Assembly: GCA_964187785.1 (NCBI GenBank) | Contig: OZ076409.1 | Coordinates: 73,596,001-73,660,000 of the forward strand | Direction of reading: 5' to 3' | DNA: 64,000 bases | Source: Amphiscolops sp. MND2022 | Taxonomy: Eukaryota | Part shown: in pieces, positions 49,972-61,600 of the stretch | Layout of the letters: every line of letters begins with the position of its first letter | Position numbering within the stretch: position 1 is the first letter of the stretch | Program-made: the position numbers and the translations under genes | Notes under the pieces: model-generated | Databases searched by the model: none | The model's input: the letters and a program-made list of their open reading frames with translations, nothing else | What the model was told of the DNA's origin: nothing

Positions 49972-51003
49972 ATGCCCGGTTTTCTCAAAGCCACTCTTAC
50001 TGTTCCTCAAGCTGTCGATTTAACATCAAAATTTACTGCCATAAGTGTTGACAGCCTACTTAGTCCAGATGCCACAACGCCTCGTTTGTCAAAAATTTCC
50101 CTGAAATTTGTTTATATTGCGCAGCCACAGAAGAAATTGGTCTTTTCCAAATTCAGCAAAGCTTTTAACCAGGCGAGAAAGTTGGAAATGGAGCGATACC
50201 ACAGGTACATTGTGCTAGGGGTGCCTGGTACACCCACCGTCCTAACAATGTTCACGCAGACTAGCGAAGAAACCAGGAGGCTGCTTCGGTACCAAAAAGA
50301 GATTAGACCTGGTTCGGAAGTGGTCGTGTTGAAACCAAACCTGGAAGGAACATTAGCGGGGGGATCCACTCCCTTGATAACAACAAGGGAACCCCTTATC
50401 CCAGTTACTGCCAATAACCTCATTTGCCTTCCACCTTACGATGTCGAGGGAACATCGCTTGAGTACAAATTTTTTTCTTTCGTTACGAAGGGACTGCATG
50501 TTGACTCAGTAGTTATCGCTGAAAATGTATGCGATGGAACGCTCTGCGACGGGCATACATTCCATGAGCCATGCGGCTGTGTAGAGGCTTCTACAAAAAA
50601 GACATGGGGCTTATTGATTGAATTTAGATGCCCCGAATTCCATGGTTTGGACGAAAACATTAGCCTGTATTCGGTCCAAATTGCATCCGTATTCCTCACA
50701 AATGAGGTTAGAACCTATAAGGCCGACAGTGATAGAATCGATCGATTCGATTTGGACGAACAAGCTCAAAAGATTGTGGACGCGATTAACCAGGTGCAAG
50801 GGTTCAGGATAGAAGGCTGGTTCAAGCCGGCCGCAGATGACGAGGGAACTGCCCTTGGAAATAAACGGTATCATGTTTCTCTACTAACTCCCGATAAAGA
50901 ACTTACTACAGAACAAGCGGCCCTGAAGTACAACGGGGTTACTGACTCTTCTCCTTCTACATCTGCTCCAACTTTAGCGGTTGCCGCGTCTCCGTCTGCC
51001 TGA
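49972..51003 (+). CDS. Uncharacterised element-encoded protein with Cys cluster (CDGTLCDGHTFHEPCGC); possibly OB-fold/RPA-like ssDNA-binding protein
   Basis: The open frame runs 49912-51003. The likely start is the ATG at 49972, after TTTTCCAG|ATTCAAA. The sequence looks beta-rich with a Zn-ribbon-like insertion. The OB-fold call is an inference by analogy to RPA70-like genes of some Helitrons. Confidence 0.6.
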   Translation: MPGFLKATLTVPQAVDLTSKFTAISVDSLLSPDATTPRLSKISLKFVYIAQPQKKLVFSKFSKAFNQARKLEMERYHRYIVLGVPGTPTVLTMFTQTSEETRRLLRYQKEIRPGSEVVVLKPNLEGTLAGGSTPLITTREPLIPVTANNLICLPPYDVEGTSLEYKFFSFVTKGLHVDSVVIAENVCDGTLCDGHTFHEPCGCVEASTKKTWGLLIEFRCPEFHGLDENISLYSVQIASVFLTNEVRTYKADSDRIDRFDLDEQAQKIVDAINQVQGFRIEGWFKPAADDEGTALGNKRYHVSLLTPDKELTTEQAALKYNGVTDSSPSTSAPTLAVAASPSA

Positions 51004-51611
51004 ACCACCGGAACCCTTCGTCATCAGCAAAAAAACTGGCATAACTCCATCCGGTAGTTGAAATTTGTCAAAGCAACCTGATGACAGAACAACCCAAGCG
51101 CTGTTGCGGTTGAGTGGCTTGTCGCCCTTTTGAGCCGTCAGTCACTCTCCGCAATTGAACTTAAACATTTTATTTCTGTTAAAATCATTACCTTGTTTTC
51201 TGCAGAAAAAAAGCAAAATAAAACCGAAAAATTATGGGAAGAAATGAAATCAATTTATTGTTTTAATCCCGCAGGATTTTTTTACTCGACAGACTTCAGG
51301 TACTTTTTTTCAACGGGCATCTTTATTCTTAAGGTAATTAAGTAGATTCTAAAATTTGAAGACATGTACTCTGATTACATCAGCCTCATTTGGTGGAATC
51401 GACGATAAGCGTGGTTCCAGGTTTGCGTAATTTGAATTCAAGTATAATAATGTAACGACAACTCTTCCACACTCTTGCACATCATTAACCACTCATTAAC
51501 CTTTCAACCGACACCCGACTGACGACTCTTCTCCAATCACGTAAGTAACTACTTTCATATTTTTAACACTCTCCTGCCTACTGGAATCTTCGTTTTGCCG
51601 TACACGTCTAG

Positions 51612-52681
51612 GTGGAATTGGGTTATGACAAACTCATTTTTCGAGGTTGGGGTAGGGCCCACAACCGAGCCCTAATTTCATTTGCTACTGTACCGAAACC
51701 CCCCCTGAAAAATCACGATCTTTTAAATGAGCCCTACGATTTCGATGAAACTTTGCATGAGGCAAGAAAAAAAAATTCTAAGAATTTTTTCTTGCTGACA
51801 CTTTTTCGAAAAAACGGTCCTTAATGGTTTTTTTGGCACTTTTTTGTTGAAATTTAGTGCATTTTGTGCATTATTCGTGAGTAACGTGAATAAAAATGAA
51901 TGTGCTCAGAATTGGACCATATTATATGTGAATACTCAGCACAGTTATGCGATTTCATTTTCATGTCGCGGCACGTCGCTCCGACTCTCGAGAGTTAGTT
52001 ATGACAGGATGAAAAAATACAAATGAGTGCCAAAAAAACGAGTTAGGAAATTTTTTTTAAAATTATGTTTTCGAACAAAAATGTGAATAATTTTTTTTCA
52101 CATGACAAAAAAAAGTACGAAAAAAAGTACGAAAACAAGTACGAGAAAAAGTACGAAAAAAAAGGATAATTTTTTTTTGAAAAAAAAACAATTTTTTGGA
52201 ATATTTTTTTCACCGTACAGGACCTAATTAGTACCGTAGAATTCATTTTATGCCTTGCCCAGTTGCCCTTCTATTGTTTTGTAGCGCTGACAACTTATTT
52301 GAGGTTTGTGTAGCAAAGTATGTTCAGCAAAGTTTAAAGGGAGGAACCATATAGTTTATTTTAAGTCAACTGTATTATATTTCACACTGCTGTTAACCAA
52401 AATTAACTCTTGCGGTCGTCTCATGGTCCCGGAGTGGTCCATGAGACAGACGCAATGGCAAAACACAAAGGTCCAAGTGATGATTAGTCGTAGTGTCACA
52501 TGTGATCCTGCATGTGACGGCTGTATATAGGTTGGAGCTGTTTTTCTTTTTCGAAACTTTCGCATTGGCAATATGTCTTTTAATGTCTTAGTTGCGATGT
52601 TATTACCTTCATCGAGTACGTTCTCCTAACACTCTTAACCCAACTCGCTAGACTAATGGCAGTGGACGGACACGAGTCTAG
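51612..52681 (+). mobile_element. Divergent singleton 1.07-kb unit M
   Basis: GTGG start, hairpin GGTTGGGG-TAGGG-CCCACAACC at +41, ends GAGTCTAG. Lacks the long hairpin and the 3' box. Contains 4x ~12-bp AAAAAAGTACGA near 52110-52156. Confidence 0.7.
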
Positions 52682-55600
52682 GTGCCGGGATTTCTATTCG
52701 TTCGAGTAAGTGGCGCGTGTGGGTAGGGCCCCTGGCGCGCTCTTGTGTTTCGGGTTTTCCTACTCCTAAACCGCGTTCAGATTTTCGGGATCTCGTAAAC
52801 TAGCCATACGATTTGGCTGAAATTTGGCACACGTACCCCCCTCGGCACGGTGAAGATGATTCCCTACTGACGTTTTGCCCGCTAAACATTTTTTGTTGAC
52901 CAAAATAACGGTTTTTGGTGGAAAATTTTCAACTTTTTTTAAATTTCATCTTATATCTCGCCCCAGGTTTACGCTAGCGCTTCAGAACCTTGCTGACGAA
53001 AGTTTGCAAACTGTCTCAGGAATGCGGTGTGAAATTTTCAGCTCAATCGGACGTAAACTCGAGGAGATATAGCGTTTTTCCGGAGCGGGGGGGTTTCATT
53101 TTTCTAACGGTCCAGCTTATCTTTGCCATTTTTTCGAAAATGCACTCGCCTAAAGGCCTCCCCTGGCCGGTTTTATTCCCAGCAAAACCATTTGGCCCTA
53201 AATACGGAGTTTCAGCGTTCCAGCATTCCCGGGCGAAAAGTTGTGGGACTTAGAAAATTTCAAAAAATTTCAAAAATTTTTTTTTCCGTTATTTGGGCCC
53301 CCAAAGTGGGGGAAAAGACCCCCCAACCAGTAGAGCAAGTGAATGCATGTGCAAAGCCCTTGTTTAGAGGAGAAAAATGCCGTTTAGAATGTCTTTTTAT
53401 CTTAACTTGACATTGACTTTTGTCGTTTTGAAGGTGACCGTTAGATACAGAAAATTGATATTTTGAGTATTTATCCCATCTGAAAGCCATTGAGATACAA
53501 CATGTTTTGCTCAAAACGTGTTTCATTGCAGTTCCGCTGTCCATTGACACCCTTTGATGTCTTTTGACGTAATTTTCTTTTCTATAATAACAATTTTTTC
53601 GTGTATTTATTCATTTTTTCCTCATCAAATAACTTGAAACAGTTGAGTACATTCCATCTCCCTTCCCGGGGGAGATGAGAATGTACTCGCTAAAGGTCAG
53701 GAACTACGGTCTATATCTTCCACAACACAAAAGCAATTGAAAATTGTTTCAGTTTGTCGCAGAAAACTTTTCTTTTTGCACTCAGTGACTCGGCAAAGTG
53801 AACGATTTTGACCCATATTGAATCTTACTTTACCACAACTCATCTCTAACGTCAACGCCCCCCACACACATCAACGCCCCCCGTCCGTGGGCATGCCGAG
53901 GCATGCCCTTCGACGACGTATAACAAAATATATTCGAACGCGGTAGCCGCTAGGTGCCGGGATTTCTATTCGATAAAGTATTTTGCGCGGTTGGGTAGGG
54001 CCCCGTGAGCGCGCCAGGGGATAGTGTTAGAACAACCGGAAATTCGGCATACGATTTTGGCGATTTTCTAAACTATCCATACGATTTGGCTCAAATTTGG
54101 CATACGGGTTCCTGAGACAGATATAAGAACTAATTCCTACTGGCGTTTTTCCCGGAAAATTTTTTTTGTTGCCCAAAATTGAAATTTTCGGCAAAAAAAT
54201 GCGATTTTTTTTGAAAAAATTTTTTTGAGAGGCCATATCTTTTTTCAGGGTGCCCGGAGCGGGACGCGTTAAACTGATTATAAACTCTACGGTTCATGGG
54301 CTTTCCGGAGAACCTAGGCTCGTTTCGCTCGGACGAATAGTCTTGGAGATATAACGGGATTTTTCGGGAATTTTTTGAAAATTTTTCTAACGGTCCAGCT
54401 TATCTTTGCCATTTTTTCAAAAATGCACTCGCCTAAAGGCCTCCCCTGGCCGGTTTTATTCCCAGCAAAACCATTTGGCCCTAAATACGGAGTTTCAGCG
54501 TTCCAGCATTCCCGGGCGAAAAGTTGTGGGACTTAGAAAAATTTCAAAATTTTTCAAAAAATTTTTTTCCGTTTTCCGCCCTCCCCCCCGAGGGGAAAAG
54601 ACCCCCCAACCAGTAATTTGAGTGAATTCATGTGGAAAGGCCATGTTTAGAGGAGAAAAATGCCGTTTAGATCGTCTTTTTATTTTAACCTGTCGTTGAC
54701 TTATGTTGTTTTGAAGGTGATGTTTGGATGTGTGAAGCATGTGAAAAGGTAATTTATTGTGTCTTTAGCTCTTCTAAAAGCCATTGAGATACAAGGTGTA
54801 GCACTCAGAACGTGTTTAATTCTAAATTAGCAATGCATCAACACTTTTTGTGTCTTTGGACTCTGTTAAAAAATTTTTCCGACTAAAATCAAAAATTATT
54901 TATAATTATTCACATTTTTTTCTGATCTCATGACTCGAAACAGTTGAGTACATTCCATCTCCCTTCCCGGGGGAGATGAGAATGTACTCTCTAAAGACCA
55001 GGTACTACAGTACTTACCTTCCCCGAGCAACGCCCCATAAAAATTGCGTTTTGATCATTCTATTTTGACATAATTCTATCTTTGTAATTTGACTGGAAAT
55101 GAAGAAAATCCGCACGTGCTCTTTTATATCAAGTATCTTAACAACGCCATCTCTTTAACGTCAACGCCCCATAGTTCACATCAACGCCCACCGTCCGTGG
55201 GCATGCCGAGGCATGCCCTTCGACGACGTATGCCAAAGATATACCCCAAGCGCGTTAGCCTAGGTGCCCGGATTTCTATTCATTAAAGTATGTTGCGCGT
55301 GTGGGTAGGGCCCCTGGCGCGCTCTTGTGTCCCTGTTCTCATAACTGCAATTTCCGGCAGCATTCTGAGCGATTTTCTAAACTATCCATACGATTCGGCT
55401 GAAATTTGGCATGTGAGTTCCTATGACAGTTCTAAGAAACATTTCCTACTGGCGTTTTGCCCGGAAAATTTTTTTTGTTGACTTATAACGGTTTTTTTGG
55501 CCAAAAAATGCGATTTTTTCAAAAAAAATTTTTTTCGGAGCCCATATCTTTTTTCAGGGTGCCCGGAGCGGGACGCGTTAAACTGATTATAAACTCTACG

Positions 55601-58600
55601 GTTCATGGGCTTTACGGAGAACCTAGGCTCGTTTCGATCGGACAAATAGTCTTGGAGATATAACGGCATTTTTTGGGAATTTTTTGGAAATTTTTCTAAC
55701 GGTCCAGCTTATCTTTGCCATTTTTTCGAAAATATACTCGCCTAAAGGCCTCCCCTGGCCGGTTTTAATCCCAGCAAAACCATTTGGCCCTAAATACGGA
55801 GTTTCAGCGTTCCAGCATTCCCGGGCGAAAAGTTGTGGGACTTAGAAAAATTTCAAAATTTTTCAAAAAATTTTTTTCCGTTTTCCGCCCTCCCCCCCGA
55901 GGGGAAAAGACCCCCCAACCAGTAATTTGAGTGAATTCATGTGGAAAGGCCATGTTTAGAGAAGAAAAATGCCGTTTAGATCGTCTTTTTATTTTAACCT
56001 GTCGTTGACTTATGTTGTTTTGAAGGTGATGTTTGGATGTGTGAAGCATGTGAAAAGGTAATTTATTGTGTCTTTAGCTCTTCTAAAAGTCATTGAGATA
56101 CACGGTGTGTGACTCAGAACGTGTTTAATTCTAATTTAGCAATGCATCAACACTTTTTTGTGTCTTTTGACTCTGTTTTAAAAAATTTTTCCGACTAAAA
56201 TCAAAAATTATTTATAATTATTCACATTTTTTTTCTGATCTCATGACTCGAAACAGTTGAGTACATTCCATCTCCCTTCACGGGGGAGATGAGAATGTAC
56301 TCTTTAGAGACCAGGTACTACAGTACTTACCTTCCCCGAGCAACGCCCCATAAAAATTGCGTTTTGATCCAGATATTTTGACATAATTTTATCTTTGTAA
56401 TTTGACTGGAAATGAAGAAAATGCCGCACGTGCTCTTTTATATCAAGTATCTTAACAACGCCATCTCTTTTACGTCAACGCCCCATAGTTCACATCAACG
56501 CCCACCGTCCGTGGGCATGCCGAGGCATGCCCTTCGACGACGTATACCAAGATATACTCCCGAGCGCGGTAGCCGCTAGGTGCCCTAACCCATCGGTTTA
56601 CCTTCATTTTGAGGGCGGGGTAGGGCCCCCGACCGGCTCCTCAGGCTTTAGACTGACAACGTAAGGCGCTTTTCAGTTGTAGAGACGATCTCGAAAATGG
56701 CCCATACGATTTTGCTCAAATTTTGCATACGGCTTCCTCTAGCGATTCTAAGAACTTTTCCCTACTACCATTTTGCCCGGAAAAATCAAAAAGTGGGTCA
56801 AAATCTTAGTTTTTTGGTCGAAAAATGGCGTTTTTTCAGAAAATTTTTTTTCAAGAGCCCATATCTCGCTCACAGGTGCTCGGAGCGGGTCGCATGTGGA
56901 CGTTGATATTGCTAGGCACTTCGTTAGGAGTCCGTAGACAAATTTTGGTTCAGATCGGATAAAAATTGACAGAGTAATAGCCGCAAATCCGACGAATTTT
57001 TCAGAAAATTTTGGTACACCTAGTCTATCTCTGCCGTTTTTTGCCCAGATTTTTTTCCAGGACCTCTCCTAAAGGCCTCCCCTGGCCGGTTTACCTCCCA
57101 GAAAAACCATTTGGCCCTTTTGCCGCAGTTTCAGCGTTCCAGAATTCCCCGAGTAAAAGTAAAATGACTTAGAATTTTTTCAAAAAAATTTCAAAATTTT
57201 TTTTTTCAACTTCAGGCCTCCCAAAGTCAAGGAACTTCCACACAACTAGTATTGCAAGTGAATGCATGTGGAAAGTGCTTGAATAGACGGGAAAAATGAG
57301 CTATTATAAAACTCTGTAGCTTAACTTGACGTTGACTTATGACAATTTTAGTGTGAGCTTGCTATGTGAGAAAAAATTTCAAAAATTGAAAATCGAAGCT
57401 AAGTCTCATCCAAAACTCATCGGAATACGTTCAATCCATCCCAAAGCGGTTTATTTCCAGCTATATAGTGCAGCAACACCAGTCAAGACCTTTTGACCCA
57501 TTTATATTAGTTTTGACACCGTCTTATCCGTTTGAAAGTTCGAAACAGTTAAGTACATTCCATCTCCCCTCCGTGGGAGATGGTAATGTACTCGCAAAAA
57601 GCCAAGTACTACCGCCCTATTCTACCCGTAGTGTTGCTAGAAATGTAGTAGCGGGAGCGCCAGGCTGTTTACAGTAGCCTTTACGGGTGTTGTGACTATG
57701 TATTACAAATCTAACTATGTTACTGAACGTGAAAAAAACTGTTTCACTCCAAATTTTTTTTCAACTATTTTATGTCATCAATAAAGATATATCCATCCAT
57801 TTACTACTACCTACCCCATCACCCGCTCCCTCCACTATCTGTTCAACCGTACACGTCTAGGTGCCGGTGTTTTTCACGACAAAGAAAGTTGCGCGCTTTG
57901 GGTAGGGTCCCGGCGCGCTTTTGGGGTTCATTTTTACAACCTGATAGGACACATGCTGAAATGACCGATCTCCTAAACTACCCTACCAATTTTGCTGAAA
58001 TTTGGCACGAAGCTTCCTTGGAACATTCTAAGAACAAATCCCTACTGGCGTTTTGCTGGGAAAAATCAAAAAGTTGGTCAAAAATGCGATTTTCCGACAA
58101 AATTTTGGGGTAAAATTTTTTTGAAACGTTATATCTCGCCACAGGGTCACGCTAGCGCCTCGCAACCTATGATCGTGTTTTGTTGGGCGTTGTCTGTAGA
58201 ACACGTATGCCAAATTTGGTGGCGATCGGACTTAAACTCAGGGAGATATAGCGATTTTTTAGGTGCATTTTTTGACATTTTTTGCATTTGCCGATTTATC
58301 TCTGCCGTTTTTGCCCAAATTTTTTTTGAGACACTCTCCTAAAGACCTCCCCTGGCCGGTTTACCTCCCAGAAAAACCATTTGGCCCTAAATACGAAGTT
58401 TCAGCGTTCTAGCATTCCCGGGCAAAAAGTTGTGGGACTTAGAATAGTTTTTATGGTAACGCAAAATGTGTAAAGTCAACTTCAGGCCTCCCAAAGTCAA
58501 AGAACTTCCACACAACTAGGATTGCAAGTGGGTGCATGTGGAAAGTACTCGGATAGACGAGAAAAATGAGCTATAGAACGACTTTGTAGCTTAACCTGAC

Positions 58601-61600
58601 GTTGACTTATGACAATTTTAGTGTGAGCTTGCTATTTGGTGTAAAAATTCAAATGATGAAAATCGAAGCTAAGTCTCATCCAAAACTCATCGGAATACGT
58701 TCAATGCACCCCAAAGCGGATTAATTCGAGATGTTTAGTGCAGCAACACCATTCAAGACCATTTGACCCATTTTTATAAGTTTTGACAACGTATTATTCA
58801 TACGAGAGCACGAAACAGTTGAGTACATTCCATCTCCCTTTCGGGGGAGATGAGAATGTACTCGCTAAAGTCCAGGTACTACAGCCCATATTTGCTTTTA
58901 TGCGACGCTCTTATGCTAGTGCGCATACTTTTTAATCGTTTAACTGAATTTTCTTCTGTCTGCACTTTGACTTTGACTTGACATATAGTGAACGTTTTGT
59001 CTTACAACTTACAAATGAGTAACGTCAACGCCCCATCCTTGCATCAACGCCCACCGTCCGTGGGCATGCCGAGGCATGCCCTTCGACGACGTATGCCCTC
59101 ACAATCGCGGTAGCCGCTAGGTGCCCAGCTTTGACCAGCAACCCAACTCTTTGAGGGCGGGGTAGGGCCCCCAGCCCGAACATAAGGCTTTAGACTTTCA
59201 ACTTAAGGCCAATAGTACTACCTAATAGCGATTTCGAAAACGGCCCGTCAGATTTTGCTCAAATTTTGCATACGGCTTCCTATAACAATCCTAAGAACTA
59301 TTTCCTACTGGCGTTTTGCCCAAAAAAATTTTTTGTGGGTCAAAATCTTAGTTTTTTGGTCAAAAAATGGCATTTTTTTGGAAAAAAATTTTTTAAGAGC
59401 CAATATCTCGCTCCCAGGTGCTCGGAGCGGGTCGCATGTGGACGTCAATATTGCTGGGCACTTCGTAAGGAGTCCGTAGACAAATTTTCGTTGAGATCGG
59501 ATCAAAATTGACTGAGTAATAGAAAACTTTGAAAGTGATTTTGACGAAATTTTTCGAAAACCCAGTCTATCTCTGCCGTTTTTTGCCCAGATTTTTTTCC
59601 AGGACCTCTCCTAAAGGCCTCCCCTGGCCGGTTTACCTCCCAGAAAAACCATTTGGCCCTTTTGCCGCAGTTTCAGCGTTCCAGGATTCCCCGGGTAAAA
59701 GTAAAATGTCTTAGAATTTTTTCGAAAAATTTTCAAAAATTTATTTTTCAACTTCAGGCCTCCCAAAGTCAGGAAACGTCCACACAACTAGTATTGCAAG
59801 TGAATGCATGTGGAAAGTGCTCGAATAGACGAGAAAAATGAGCTATTATAAAGTTCTCTAACTTAACCTGACGTTGACTTATGAAAATTTTAGTGTGAGC
59901 TTGCTATGTGAGAAAAAAATTCGAAAATTGAAAATTGAAGCTAAGTCTCATCCAAAACTCATCGGAATACGTTCAATCCATCCCAAAGCGGTTCAATTCC
60001 AGTTGTATAGTGCAGCAACACCATTAAAGGTCATTTGGCCCATTTTTATAACTTTTGACGCCGTCTTATCCATCCGAAAGTTCGAAACAGTTAAGTACAT
60101 TCCATCTCCCCTCCGTGGGAGATGGTAATGTACTCGCAAAAAGCCAAGTATAACCGCCCTATTCTACCCGTAGTGGTGCTAGAAGAGCAGTAGCGTGAGC
60201 TCCAAGTTTGCAGTAGTCTCTATGTGTTATAATTATATTTTTCATAGCTAAAAATCTTACTAAACGTGATAAAAAAAATTACATCACTCAAAATTTTTTC
60301 AAATATTATTATATGTCCCCAATTGACGCACGTCAACTATTTCACTACAACCACCCTACCACCCGGCCCCTCGTATCTTTGTTCAACCGTACACGTCTAG
60401 GTGGTCGGTATTCTTTACTACCTCATGCTCTGAGGGCGGGGTAGGGCCCCCTGCCCGATCCTAATCCTTAGGATTTTAAACATAAGGCCAATAATTCAGA
60501 TTTTGGCGATCTCGAAAACTAACCTTACGATTTGGCTGAAATTTTGCATGCGGCTCCCTATGACAGATATAAGAACAAATCCCTAGTGGCATTTTGCTGG
60601 GAAAATTCAGTTTTTGGGTCAAAATCACTATTTTAGGTCCAAAAAATGGCGTTTTTTCGGAAAATTTTTTTTCAAGAGCCCATATCTCGCTCCCAGGTGC
60701 TCGGAGAGGCTCGCATGTGGACGTCGATATTGCTAGGCACTTCGTAAGGAGTCCGTAGACAAATTTTCGTACAGATCGGATGAAAATTGACTTAGTAATA
60801 AAAAACTTTGAAAGGCATTTTGTCGAAATTTTTTGAAATCCCAGTCTATCTCTGCCGTTTTTTGCCCAGATTTTTTTCCAGGACCTCTCCTAAAGGCCTC
60901 CCCTGGCCGGTTTACCTCCCAGAAAAACCATTTGGCCCTTTTGCCGCAGTTTCAGCAATCCAGGATTCCCCGGGTAAAAGTAAAATGACTTAAAATTTTT
61001 TCGAAAAATTTTCAAAAATTTTTTTTTTCAACTTTAGGCCTCCCAAAGTCAAGAAACGTCCACACAACTAGTATTGCAAGTGGATGCATGTGGAAAGTGC
61101 TCGAATAGACGAGAAAAATGAGCTATTATAAACCTCTGTAGGTCAACCTGACGTTGACTTATGACAATTTTAGTGTGAGCTTGCTAAGTGACAAAAAATT
61201 TCAAAAATTGAAAATCGAAGCATAGTCTCATCCAAACTCCTCGGAATACGTTCAATCCAAGCCAGAGCGGATTAAACCCAGCTATATAGTGCAGCAACAC
61301 CATTCAAGTTGTTTTTGACTCCTTTTAATAAGTTTTGACACTGTCTTATTCATCCGAAAGTTCGAAACAGTCAAGTACATTCCATCTCCCTTTTAGGGAG
61401 ATGGTAATGTACTCACCAAAAACCAAGTAATATTGCCCTTTTTATACCTGGAAAGGCCCTAGAAATGCAGTAGCGTGAGCTCCAGGTCGTTTGCAGTAGC
61501 CTTCACGTGTGTTGTGACTTTGCTATAAAACTAACTATGTTACTAAAAGTGAAAAAAATTTCTCTTCAAAAAACTATTATATTTACACTTTTTGTTGTCA

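Larger units (their letters stand above)
38150..51611 (+). mobile_element. Putative autonomous Helitron-like element (RepHel-GIY-YIG + SGNH + Cys-cluster ORF)
   Basis: Starts GTGCCC after CTAG, with the shared 5' hairpin (GGGCAGGG-TAGGG-CCCCTTGCCC). The first ~780 bp match F-type short units. Ends CCGTACACGTCTAG like the F-type ends at 18189/57860/60400/62950. The RepHel ORF points toward the CTAG end, as in Helitrons. The left boundary could alternatively be ~38930. Confidence 0.8.

Noticed and set aside
1545..59100. CRISPR array (recurrent ~45-nt palindromic repeat)
   Set aside because: Spacing is 1.3-2.2 kb, the intervening sequences are homologous to each other, and there are no cas genes.
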